Source: a bacterium (GTDB lineage Bacteria > Bacillota > Clostridia > Lachnospirales > Lachnospiraceae). From it: a stretch of DNA of 64,000 nt. The notes under the pieces are model-generated. The model was not told where the DNA came from. It searched no databases and was given only the letters and a program-made list of their open reading frames with translations. The stretch covers positions 8,103 to 72,102 of the forward strand of contig CAVKRN010000005.1 of assembly GCA_963658695.1 (NCBI GenBank). Direction: 5' to 3'. The stretch's first letter is position 1. Every line of letters starts with the position of its first letter. Of this stretch, positions 56,497 to 64,000 are shown one piece after another. The position numbers and the translations under genes were made by a program.

Positions 56497-58290
56497 ATGA
56501 GAATCATCGATTATTACAACCTGTTGGCTACATTCTTGGAAGGCATCCTGGTCCTTACCGCCCTTTTCCTTGCAAAGCGTCAGCCCTCTAAGAATACGAT
56601 ACAGAATGCCGCTGCCGAGTCCGGTAGCGCCGGTGAGTCATCTCGTGTATTCCATGTGCTGTTGGTAGTTCTTCTGCTCTTTGGAAGCTTCCTTCGCGTC
56701 TGGAATCTTACCGGTCTGCCGGATGGCCTGCAGCAGGATGAGGCTTCCATCGGCTATGAAGCCTTCTGCCTTGCAACCACCGGCATGGATCGCAACGGAT
56801 TTCACTGGCCGGTATACCCCATCACCTGGGGCTCCGGCGGCGGAAGTCCGATCATGATCTATCTGAATGTCATCACTACAATCCTGTTCGGCTCCGAGAT
56901 CTGGTCCATTCGCATTGTTCCTGCTTTCCTTGGCAGCGTTACGCTCCTTTTGTTCTACCTGCTGCTGCGCAAGGGCTTTGGTAAGCGAACGTCCCTTGCC
57001 GGCCTTTTTCTTCTGGCAATGACTCCCTGGCACATCATTCTTTCGAGGTGGAGTCTGGATTCTAATACCATGCCCTTCTGGCAGGCACTGGCAACGCTTC
57101 TTCTGGCCCGGGCGGTTCTTTGCACAAACCACAAGGTGCAGACAAGGCGATATCTGATGGCAGCGTTCTTTTTCGGCATCTGTCTGTATTCCTACGGCTC
57201 TGCCAATGTGGTGATTCCGCTGACGCTCCTGTTTGCCTGCGTGTATCTCTTGTGCAGCAAGCGCATCACCTGGCCGCAGCTGGGCGGCTGCTTTGCTGTT
57301 TTCCTTGTGGTCTGCCTTCCCCTTGCACTGTTCTACGGTGTGAATTTCCTGGGACTTCCGGAGATTGCAGCGGACTGGATCTCCTTCCCAAGGTTTACCT
57401 CCAGCCACTTTGGCTCTGTTTTCGTTTCCTTTGACCGCACGCTTCCTTCTTCCCTTCTGCACAACGCAAAGGAGCTGGTGCGCACGCTCACCGTCGGCCT
57501 CGACGGTGAAGTATCCTGGAACGCGATGCCCGGCTACTGGACGCTGTACTGCTTCACCTGGCCGGTGACACTGGCCGGTGCCATCGTCTGCATCCGCACT
57601 GCCAAGGATCATGTCATCCATTGCATCATGCTGTCGGAGCTGGCCGCCGCGCTGGTGTTTTCTCTTTTTATCCAGCAGGACATCAACCGGGAGGTTCTCT
57701 TATTCTTGCCGCTGATCTATTGCATGGTGATGGGATTTCGCTGGCTGTATCTGACCCTTCGCCGGGCCGCCCGGCACTTTCCCGGAAAGGCCTTCTCCGT
57801 TCTTCCGTTGGTCCTTGTTCTGGTTGGCTTTGCCTCCTTTGCCAAGGATTACTACGGCGGAACCTACAACGAAGTCGCCGCAACCGATTTTATGCCCGGC
57901 TACGGAGATGCCATGGTCTATGCCGATCAGTTGGCCTGTGAGAGGGAGTCCGCCGGCAAGAACTGTACGGTGTACTCCACCTATGATCTGGTTGCTTCTC
58001 CCTTCATGCTGACACTGTATTACACCAAGTACGATCCGCAGGATTTCCGCGACACCGTTGTCTACAAGGATCCCGAGGCAGAATTCCGCGTGGCCTCCTC
58101 CTTCGGACACTTCATCTACGGTCTGCCCGTCGAGGGTGATGCGCTCTCCGCTTTAACACAGGACAGCTATCAGAGTGACATCTTTGTGCTCACAAAAGCC
58201 CAGGAGCAGGCGATGGCTCCCGATCCGGAGCAGTACGACATCGTCACCTTTAAGGACCGGTTTGTGGTTATCAGCCGCAAAGAGGCATAG
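56497..58290 (+). CDS. ArnT/PMT-like (GT39/GT83, GT-C fold) glycosyltransferase
   Basis: LRVWNL..LPDGLQQDEA..GY, PWHIILSRW, many TM segments. Confidence 0.8.
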   Translation: MRIIDYYNLLATFLEGILVLTALFLAKRQPSKNTIQNAAAESGSAGESSRVFHVLLVVLLLFGSFLRVWNLTGLPDGLQQDEASIGYEAFCLATTGMDRNGFHWPVYPITWGSGGGSPIMIYLNVITTILFGSEIWSIRIVPAFLGSVTLLLFYLLLRKGFGKRTSLAGLFLLAMTPWHIILSRWSLDSNTMPFWQALATLLLARAVLCTNHKVQTRRYLMAAFFFGICLYSYGSANVVIPLTLLFACVYLLCSKRITWPQLGGCFAVFLVVCLPLALFYGVNFLGLPEIAADWISFPRFTSSHFGSVFVSFDRTLPSSLLHNAKELVRTLTVGLDGEVSWNAMPGYWTLYCFTWPVTLAGAIVCIRTAKDHVIHCIMLSELAAALVFSLFIQQDINREVLLFLPLIYCMVMGFRWLYLTLRRAARHFPGKAFSVLPLVLVLVGFASFAKDYYGGTYNEVAATDFMPGYGDAMVYADQLACERESAGKNCTVYSTYDLVASPFMLTLYYTKYDPQDFRDTVVYKDPEAEFRVASSFGHFIYGLPVEGDALSALTQDSYQSDIFVLTKAQEQAMAPDPEQYDIVTFKDRFVVISRKEA

Positions 58291-58365
58291 CACTACGCAC
58301 ATCGCTGTTCATGCGCCGCGAGGCAGCAAATTCCTTTGCAAATCCGTGCACGCCAACGAAGGTTT

Positions 58366-58400
58366 CTAAGGAAATGCTGGACAAATCAGCATTTCCTTAG
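58366..58400. repeat. 35-bp palindrome family, perfect-arm copy
   Basis: CTAAGGAAATGCTG-GACAAAT-CAGCATTTCCTTAG. Confidence 0.85.
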
Positions 58401-58434
58401 AAAAAAGCCGCAGGAGTTATTCTCCTGCGGCTTT
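58401..58434. terminator. Bidirectional terminator
   Basis: AAAGCCGCAGGAG/CTCCTGCGGCTTT between convergent genes. Confidence 0.85.
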
Positions 58435-58449
58435 CAAATGCCGTAACTA

Positions 58450-60600
58450 TTACCAGATCTTTACCCGATCCTCCGGTGCGATGTACATGCCGTCACCCTC
58501 CTCAATGCCGAAGGTCTCATAAAATTCTTCGAACTGTGCCACGGTAACATTCGTACGCAGATAGCCCAACGGATGCTCATCATAGTTGGCACAATAATAG
58601 ACGTATTCCGGGGTCGTATTCTGCGCCCATACCCTTGCAAAGGACTTGAAAAACAGAGCATAGTCAAAATCCGGATCCTCCGCCGCCAGGTGCAGCATCA
58701 CTGCCATGCCGCCCATGTCCGCGCAGGCCTCTCCCTTATTCTGCTCCCCGCTGCAGGACATATCATCCCAAACGGTAATGGCATCGTAATATGCCACCAT
58801 CTTGTCCGTCTTTTCCTTAAACTTCTCCTGATCCTCTTCCGTCCACCAGCTGTTGCGGTTTCCTTCCGCATCGTAGGCAGCACCATCCGGGTCAAAGGCA
58901 TGCGAGATCTCATGTCCGATCACAACACCAAGCTTACCGTACACCTCCTCCTTTGGCATATCACTGCTATAAAGAACATCTCCGATAAGCCCGGGAAGGA
59001 TGTTGATCGAATTGGTCTGCGAATCATAAAACGCATTCTGCGTGATCGGTGTGCAGGAATCCCATTTATCCTTATTCACCGGATCGTAGAAGGTAGACAG
59101 CATCTTCTGCGTCTCGTACTCAGAGATCGCTACCACTGTGTCAAAATAACGATCCGGCAGTTCCAAACCATCATACATATATTCGCTCCAGTCGTCCGGA
59201 TACATGCATTTGATCCGCATTTTGTCCAGCTTCTCAATCGCTTTTCCCCTGGTAGCCTCTGAGAGGAACTCCTCCTTCTGCAGCATTTCCTTATAACCGC
59301 TGATCGTCTCCTCGATGAGATCATATACATTCTGCTTGTCTTCTTCCGAGACATACTGATCGCAGTAGAGCTTCGCAAGTGGCCATTGCAGCATGGAAGA
59401 AACCGTATTGACAGCATACTCACTTTCTTCCATATATCCTGTGGATCCCACTCTGGAATTCTGGATATCAATCCGCTTATAGTATGTCTCCTTGTCCAGC
59501 AGACTCATTGCAGATGCCGCCGTATGCGCCAGAAAATAATTCTTGATGCATTCAAGATTACTGTCGCTGATAATTTCATCCAGATGCTCGAAGAAGTCTA
59601 TTTTCTCGTACAGCCACATACCGGGAATCGTTTTCAGTCCATAGGCTGTTGCAGCCTGCTTCAGCAGGGAAAACCAATGGTACTGCTCCAGTTCCTCCGG
59701 TGCATAAATCTGCTCAGCGAGTTTTTCTGATGTTCTTGTAAGAGTATGTTCCTCGTTGGAATAGCAATACTGTGCCATTTGCTGTTCCAGCCAGATGGTA
59801 TCCTCATAAATCCGATCGATTTGTTCCTGCGTATATCCGCATTGCAGAAGGACGATCTCCACCATCTCCTTGCCGCTATCGTAAGACTGTCTTGTATAAT
59901 CGGACATATTCTCCAAATCTTCATAATCCGCCGCATCATCCAGAAAGAACTCCGGCGAGCTGATATACAGAATCTTCCGGGACGCATCCTGAGGGCTGGC
60001 GATAGGCCCGAACATCAGAACATCGGAAAACTTGTAATCTGCCTTCGTAATATAGGCCTCCAGATCTGACATATCCTGTATTTCTTCAATATCCTGCAGA
60101 TAGGGCATCAGCGGCTCTGTCCCTGCCGCAGCTCTTGCATCCCAGTCCAGAAACTCACTGTATAACGTATGAACAAGCGTTGCGTTATGATCCTCCGCAG
60201 AATCCTCCTGCATAATATCCAGAAGCCGCTCATGAAGGGTGTCTTCAAAGGAAAGAAGATACGCGTTTTCATAGTTGCCGGATTTGATCGGATTCTCCTT
60301 CACCCAGTTTCCGTTTACTGCAAGGTCAAAATGATCCTTCAAATCCACGTCGCCGGTCGCTGCCACATTGGCCTCGATGTTGGAATCCATCCACGGCGTC
60401 CCCGTCGTATAATCGGTATCAGCGGAAAGTTCCTCCGCATCCTCAGTCTCCGCCTCCTGATTATCCGCAGTCTCCGCTGTGAATGCCTCCTCCGACACCG
60501 CAGCCGACGGCTCCTCCGATCCGGTGCCTGCTGTGCTGCAGCCATACAGCCCTGTCAGCAGCGCTGCCGACAAAAGTAATGCCAACGCTCTTTTCTTCAT
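58450..60600 (-). CDS. M13-family (PepO/neprilysin-like) metallopeptidase, lipoprotein
   Basis: Lipobox LYGC; QNAFY, HEISH, GEACAD, EHP..R. Confidence 0.92.
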   Translation of the reverse strand: MKKRALALLLSAALLTGLYGCSTAGTGSEEPSAAVSEEAFTAETADNQEAETEDAEELSADTDYTTGTPWMDSNIEANVAATGDVDLKDHFDLAVNGNWVKENPIKSGNYENAYLLSFEDTLHERLLDIMQEDSAEDHNATLVHTLYSEFLDWDARAAAGTEPLMPYLQDIEEIQDMSDLEAYITKADYKFSDVLMFGPIASPQDASRKILYISSPEFFLDDAADYEDLENMSDYTRQSYDSGKEMVEIVLLQCGYTQEQIDRIYEDTIWLEQQMAQYCYSNEEHTLTRTSEKLAEQIYAPEELEQYHWFSLLKQAATAYGLKTIPGMWLYEKIDFFEHLDEIISDSNLECIKNYFLAHTAASAMSLLDKETYYKRIDIQNSRVGSTGYMEESEYAVNTVSSMLQWPLAKLYCDQYVSEEDKQNVYDLIEETISGYKEMLQKEEFLSEATRGKAIEKLDKMRIKCMYPDDWSEYMYDGLELPDRYFDTVVAISEYETQKMLSTFYDPVNKDKWDSCTPITQNAFYDSQTNSINILPGLIGDVLYSSDMPKEEVYGKLGVVIGHEISHAFDPDGAAYDAEGNRNSWWTEEDQEKFKEKTDKMVAYYDAITVWDDMSCSGEQNKGEACADMGGMAVMLHLAAEDPDFDYALFFKSFARVWAQNTTPEYVYYCANYDEHPLGYLRTNVTVAQFEEFYETFGIEEGDGMYIAPEDRVKIW

Positions 60601-60615
60601 TGTCTCCTCCTTAGC

Positions 60616-60652
60616 AAAAAGCCCCGGAACCTTTTAAAGTTTCCGGGGTTTT
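60616..60652 (-). terminator. Hairpin + T-run just upstream of M13 RBS
   Basis: CCCCGGAA/TTCCGGGG followed by CTTTTT on minus strand. Confidence 0.6.
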
Positions 60653-60735
60653 CCCTTTTCAAACGCTTTCATGCCTGTTTTGCCCCTATTCGCAAAATTG
60701 CTGCTGTGTAGCTTTTTGCTCATACGGCGTCTTGC

Positions 60736-62379
60736 TCACCTTGGCGTGAGAATGGACGCAATCGGCACGCCGATGATGGCCGAAGCAGCCGCCTGCGTCT
60801 CCTGGCTCTCAGCCGAAATATACCACGTCAGGGCCTTCTTGGCAGTCCCGCTTAGGTTGCGCACGCCCGTTGCCAGTCCCTGGGCAATCTCGACCGGATG
60901 GTCCATCTCTCGGGATAGAATGAAGGCATCAATGTGCTGGTTGTTCAGCGCCTGCGTATAGGCATAGATCACTGCAGCAGCCTGATAATCCTCCGACAAG
61001 GCACTGACATACCCCTGCTCGGAGCAGATGATGCTGCGCACCTGTCCGTTGGGTGCGAGCATCGCCGGCGTACACATGAAATCGGTGAAGATCTCAATGT
61101 TCGCCATCGTAATATACGGAGAATTCTGCGTGTGATTTACCTTTGTGGGGTAATTGGTCGCCTGCAGCCACACAATCGGATCGTACAGAGGATAATCATA
61201 CGGATGCACTGCCACATCCCAGCCAATATTACCGGTTGCACCAATCTGCTGATTAAACAGCGCCAGCCACGCCTGTCCTGCATAGTGCAGTGCCGAATCA
61301 GCAGCCGCATACTCGTTATCCACACAGGTGTATACGCGGCAGTTTGCGTTTTCCGACTTCAGACCATTATAGAAAATGCGAAATGCCTTTGCATATTCAG
61401 CTGTAAAGACATTGATACCGGCACTGGCAGACATATAGTGCCAGGGTGATCTGGCATTGATCTCATTACCGACCACCCAGTTGTCTACCGTTCCGTGCCC
61501 CGTACCGGAGAACCGCTGTCCCAGGAAGGATGCAAGCGCCTCCAGCTTCTCTACGGCCGCCTGATCCACGGTGTTAAACGCATAATAATTCTGCGCTGTA
61601 TTGTCTCTTGCCAGCGGATGCACGTAGGTTCCGCCCGCCTTCCAGTTGTTCAGTAAAATGAGCGTCACCTGAATTCCCTGGTTATTCATCATCGGAACCA
61701 GATTATCCAGCTGTCCCACAGCCGCCTGGCTGAAGGTGTAGGTTTTTCCGTTGTAGTTATAGGTAATGCCTGTACCGGAAAGAATATCTCCCACCAGGAC
61801 ATTGTATGTAATCTGCTGGATTCCGGATGCCTTCAGCGTTCCTCTTGTCAAAAGCGTGGATTCCGGAAGGAGTCCCTTCTTGCCGTGATCCCTTCTGGCG
61901 CTTGTATGCGTTGCAATGGCCTCCGGATTCTGAACATAGATCGCATTGGATACTGCTACATAAGCACCGCCTTTTTTCACACAGACAGTAAACTTCCTGT
62001 AGAGATTCGATGACGCCGTATTCTTATTCAGAGGAAAAACAAAGGTTGCTCCCGCCCCGGCCTGCGCCACCGCCACTTCTGTTCCGGCATTGTCTGCCTG
62101 ATTCACCGCACTGGCCAGCAAATGATAAACGCCGTCATCCGAGATCGGAATGGAGGTTGCCTTGGCAGTAACCACCACGTTATTGCCCTGAATGAGCGCT
62201 GCCGTATTGGTCACAGCGTACGCTTCCGCAGCCTCTGCCTGCAGCGCCGCCGCTGCAAAACGATCTCCCTCTGTGCCGGCAGACGACACGGCCCCGGCCA
62301 TCATCAGTCCTGCACACAGCACAACCGATGCTGCCACCGCCGCTGCCGCAGCTCGCAGGATTCCCTTCCTGTTCCTCAT
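60736..62379 (-). CDS. Secreted DUF5722-like protein (putative clan GH-A glycosidase fold)
   Basis: Signal peptide; KKGL, WVVGNEIN, VHPY, ITMANI, SEQG. Confidence 0.7.
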   Translation of the reverse strand: MRNRKGILRAAAAAVAASVVLCAGLMMAGAVSSAGTEGDRFAAAALQAEAAEAYAVTNTAALIQGNNVVVTAKATSIPISDDGVYHLLASAVNQADNAGTEVAVAQAGAGATFVFPLNKNTASSNLYRKFTVCVKKGGAYVAVSNAIYVQNPEAIATHTSARRDHGKKGLLPESTLLTRGTLKASGIQQITYNVLVGDILSGTGITYNYNGKTYTFSQAAVGQLDNLVPMMNNQGIQVTLILLNNWKAGGTYVHPLARDNTAQNYYAFNTVDQAAVEKLEALASFLGQRFSGTGHGTVDNWVVGNEINARSPWHYMSASAGINVFTAEYAKAFRIFYNGLKSENANCRVYTCVDNEYAAADSALHYAGQAWLALFNQQIGATGNIGWDVAVHPYDYPLYDPIVWLQATNYPTKVNHTQNSPYITMANIEIFTDFMCTPAMLAPNGQVRSIICSEQGYVSALSEDYQAAAVIYAYTQALNNQHIDAFILSREMDHPVEIAQGLATGVRNLSGTAKKALTWYISAESQETQAAASAIIGVPIASILTPR

Positions 62380-62519
62380 ACACCTCTCCCTTTGAATACA
62401 CACAACAGATGTCTAATCATAGCACGGCAGCACAATCCCGCAAAAGCAGTGGCAGAGGATGCGCTCGATTATATTACAGTTCACTCGCCAAGCGACGGTT
62501 CCTGATGTGTGAACTTTTC

Positions 62520-63683
62520 TCATTCTCCTCTGTACAGCGCCAGTGTCTTGTGCACCACTTCATCCCAGTTGTACTTGCCGCAGATAAAGTCAGAGGCGCC
62601 CTCGCGGTACTGTGCTACCTGCTGCGGGTGGTCCATCAGGTCCTGCAGTACACTTTGCAGGTCCTTCGTATCCCCCCGCCGGAACACAGGTGCGTGCTCT
62701 TCCACCACTTCTGTGCTCTCTTCAATATCTGAAACCAGGCAGCAGTTCCCGTAGCTCATTGCCTCCAGAAGGCTAACAGACATTCCTTCTACGTCCGATG
62801 GCAGTGCGAACAGATAGGCGTTGGACAAAAGCTCCGCCAGTGTGTCTCCTTCCACGAGCCCGGCCAGAATCACCCTTTCGTCTTTTGCCGCAAGCTCCTG
62901 TATTTCTTCAAAGTATTCCACGGCGTTGGATGGGCCGCCGGCCAGAACAAGCTTTTTGTCTGTCTGTACACTCTCGTAAGCCTTTAATAAGTAATGGAGC
63001 CCCTTTTCCGGCACAATTCGGCACAGCGTCATCATGTAGGAGTCCTTGGTCAGTCCCCACCGCTTTGTGATGAGATCGGCAGACTGCACATGCGGACGAT
63101 CAATTCCATTGGGAATAAAATGCGTTTCTCTTCCATATTCCTTCCGGAAATACTCCTGCAGATTGGCCGATAGCACAATTACCTCGTCCGCGTGTCTGGC
63201 CGCCATCTTCTCTCCTGCCTTCAGCATATGAGAGGCAAAATGTCCCCATTTAGCCCGTTGCCAGTCCAGACCGTGTATGGTAGCGATGACCCGAATGCCA
63301 AAGAGCTTCGGAAGCCAGCACATAAGGCAAGGTCCCTCTGCGTGAAAGTGGATTACGTCATAATGACCGAATAACGCACGCAAGGTAGCAAATACAGAAT
63401 AAACAATGGCATTGAGCTTCCCGTTTCGCACCGTCGGAATAGTAAGGATGCGGATCCCATCCTGAAACCATCCCTTTCTGTCTGCGATTTGCTCGTAATG
63501 CTTACGCGGAACAACGCCGTAGCCGGACCGGTTATAGCAGTCCACCTCTATCCCAAGGTCCCGCATTCTTGTTGCAAGCTCCCATACAACGACCTCTACG
63601 CCGCCCTCTCTGGAAGGAACGCGCTTTTGCCCGATCATGGCAACGCGTAATGGACGCTTCTCTCCAGATTTTCTCTGCTTCAT
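62520..63683 (-). CDS. Glycosyltransferase family 4
   Basis: GGVE, HFHAEGP, RIVPEKG, PSDVEGMSVSLLEAMSYG. Confidence 0.92.
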   Translation of the reverse strand: MKQRKSGEKRPLRVAMIGQKRVPSREGGVEVVVWELATRMRDLGIEVDCYNRSGYGVVPRKHYEQIADRKGWFQDGIRILTIPTVRNGKLNAIVYSVFATLRALFGHYDVIHFHAEGPCLMCWLPKLFGIRVIATIHGLDWQRAKWGHFASHMLKAGEKMAARHADEVIVLSANLQEYFRKEYGRETHFIPNGIDRPHVQSADLITKRWGLTKDSYMMTLCRIVPEKGLHYLLKAYESVQTDKKLVLAGGPSNAVEYFEEIQELAAKDERVILAGLVEGDTLAELLSNAYLFALPSDVEGMSVSLLEAMSYGNCCLVSDIEESTEVVEEHAPVFRRGDTKDLQSVLQDLMDHPQQVAQYREGASDFICGKYNWDEVVHKTLALYRGE

Positions 63684-63716
63684 GCGCAGTATCTCCTTGC
63701 TCTTTACTCTACCGAT

Positions 63717-64000
63717 TCATCCATTCTCGATGTGACGGTCCATGTACTCCATCGAAGCCATCAGGCGGCGGTACATCTCCTCCAGATCCACCTCCGGCTC
63801 CCATCCAAGGCTGCGGAGCTTGGAGGCATCCAGAAAGAGCTTTGTATCCGCGGCATATCCATAGGTATTCGTTTCCGGAATGTCATAGACGACGCGAATT
63901 GCCCCGCCGGCCAGGTTCTTTGCCACAAGCTCTGCCATCCCGGCGATGGTTGTGTGTGTCCGCTCATTGGAGACATTATAGGCTTCTCCGGACACGCCCT
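63717..64000 (-). CDS. NAD-dependent epimerase/dehydratase (3' part; runs off window end)
   Basis: GEAYNV, DASKLRSLGWEP..LEE C-terminal signature. Confidence 0.8.
   Translation of the reverse strand, partial: GVSGEAYNVSNERTHTTIAGMAELVAKNLAGGAIRVVYDIPETNTYGYAADTKLFLDASKLRSLGWEPEVDLEEMYRRLMASMEYMDRHIENG

Noticed and set aside
60659..60672. cre-like site TGAAAGCGTTTGAA upstream of the M13 peptidase
   Set aside because: Lacks the conserved terminal CA; single weak match.

Overview
Mostly a core-chromosome segment from an anaerobic Firmicute. Gene content and sigma-A promoter style suggest Clostridia, probably Lachnospiraceae (inference). Most genes are on the minus strand. Housekeeping genes: def, priA, murE, rluA-like, ppdK, queA, pheST, thrC, rpsA, a cmk-ispH fusion and gap-pgk-tpiA. 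There are also peptidases, envelope and glycosylation genes, a GH115, an elongator tRNA-Met and a probable 6S RNA. I see no CRISPR array, transposase, integrase or intact prophage. The most interesting signals are ones the ORF track does not explain. (1) An ORF-free, roughly 600-nt minus-strand transcription unit (about 9398-9997) with a near-consensus promoter, its own terminator and several AGGA-loop hairpins, resembling a CsrB/RsmZ-type protein sponge. (2) A roughly 80-nt candidate sRNA with a C-rich anti-SD seed behind 11-bp-period direct repeats. (3) A roughly 163-nt rod-like structured element. (4) An orphan phage-type CI/Cro switch with two readable operators, directly upstream of an incomplete rnfCD pair whose RnfD appears to have lost its FMN-attachment Thr. 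(5) An orphan Nif11-type double-glycine precursor beside the tRNA. (6) A dispersed 35-bp palindrome family at gene junctions. All functional calls come from motif recognition by eye; no searches were run.
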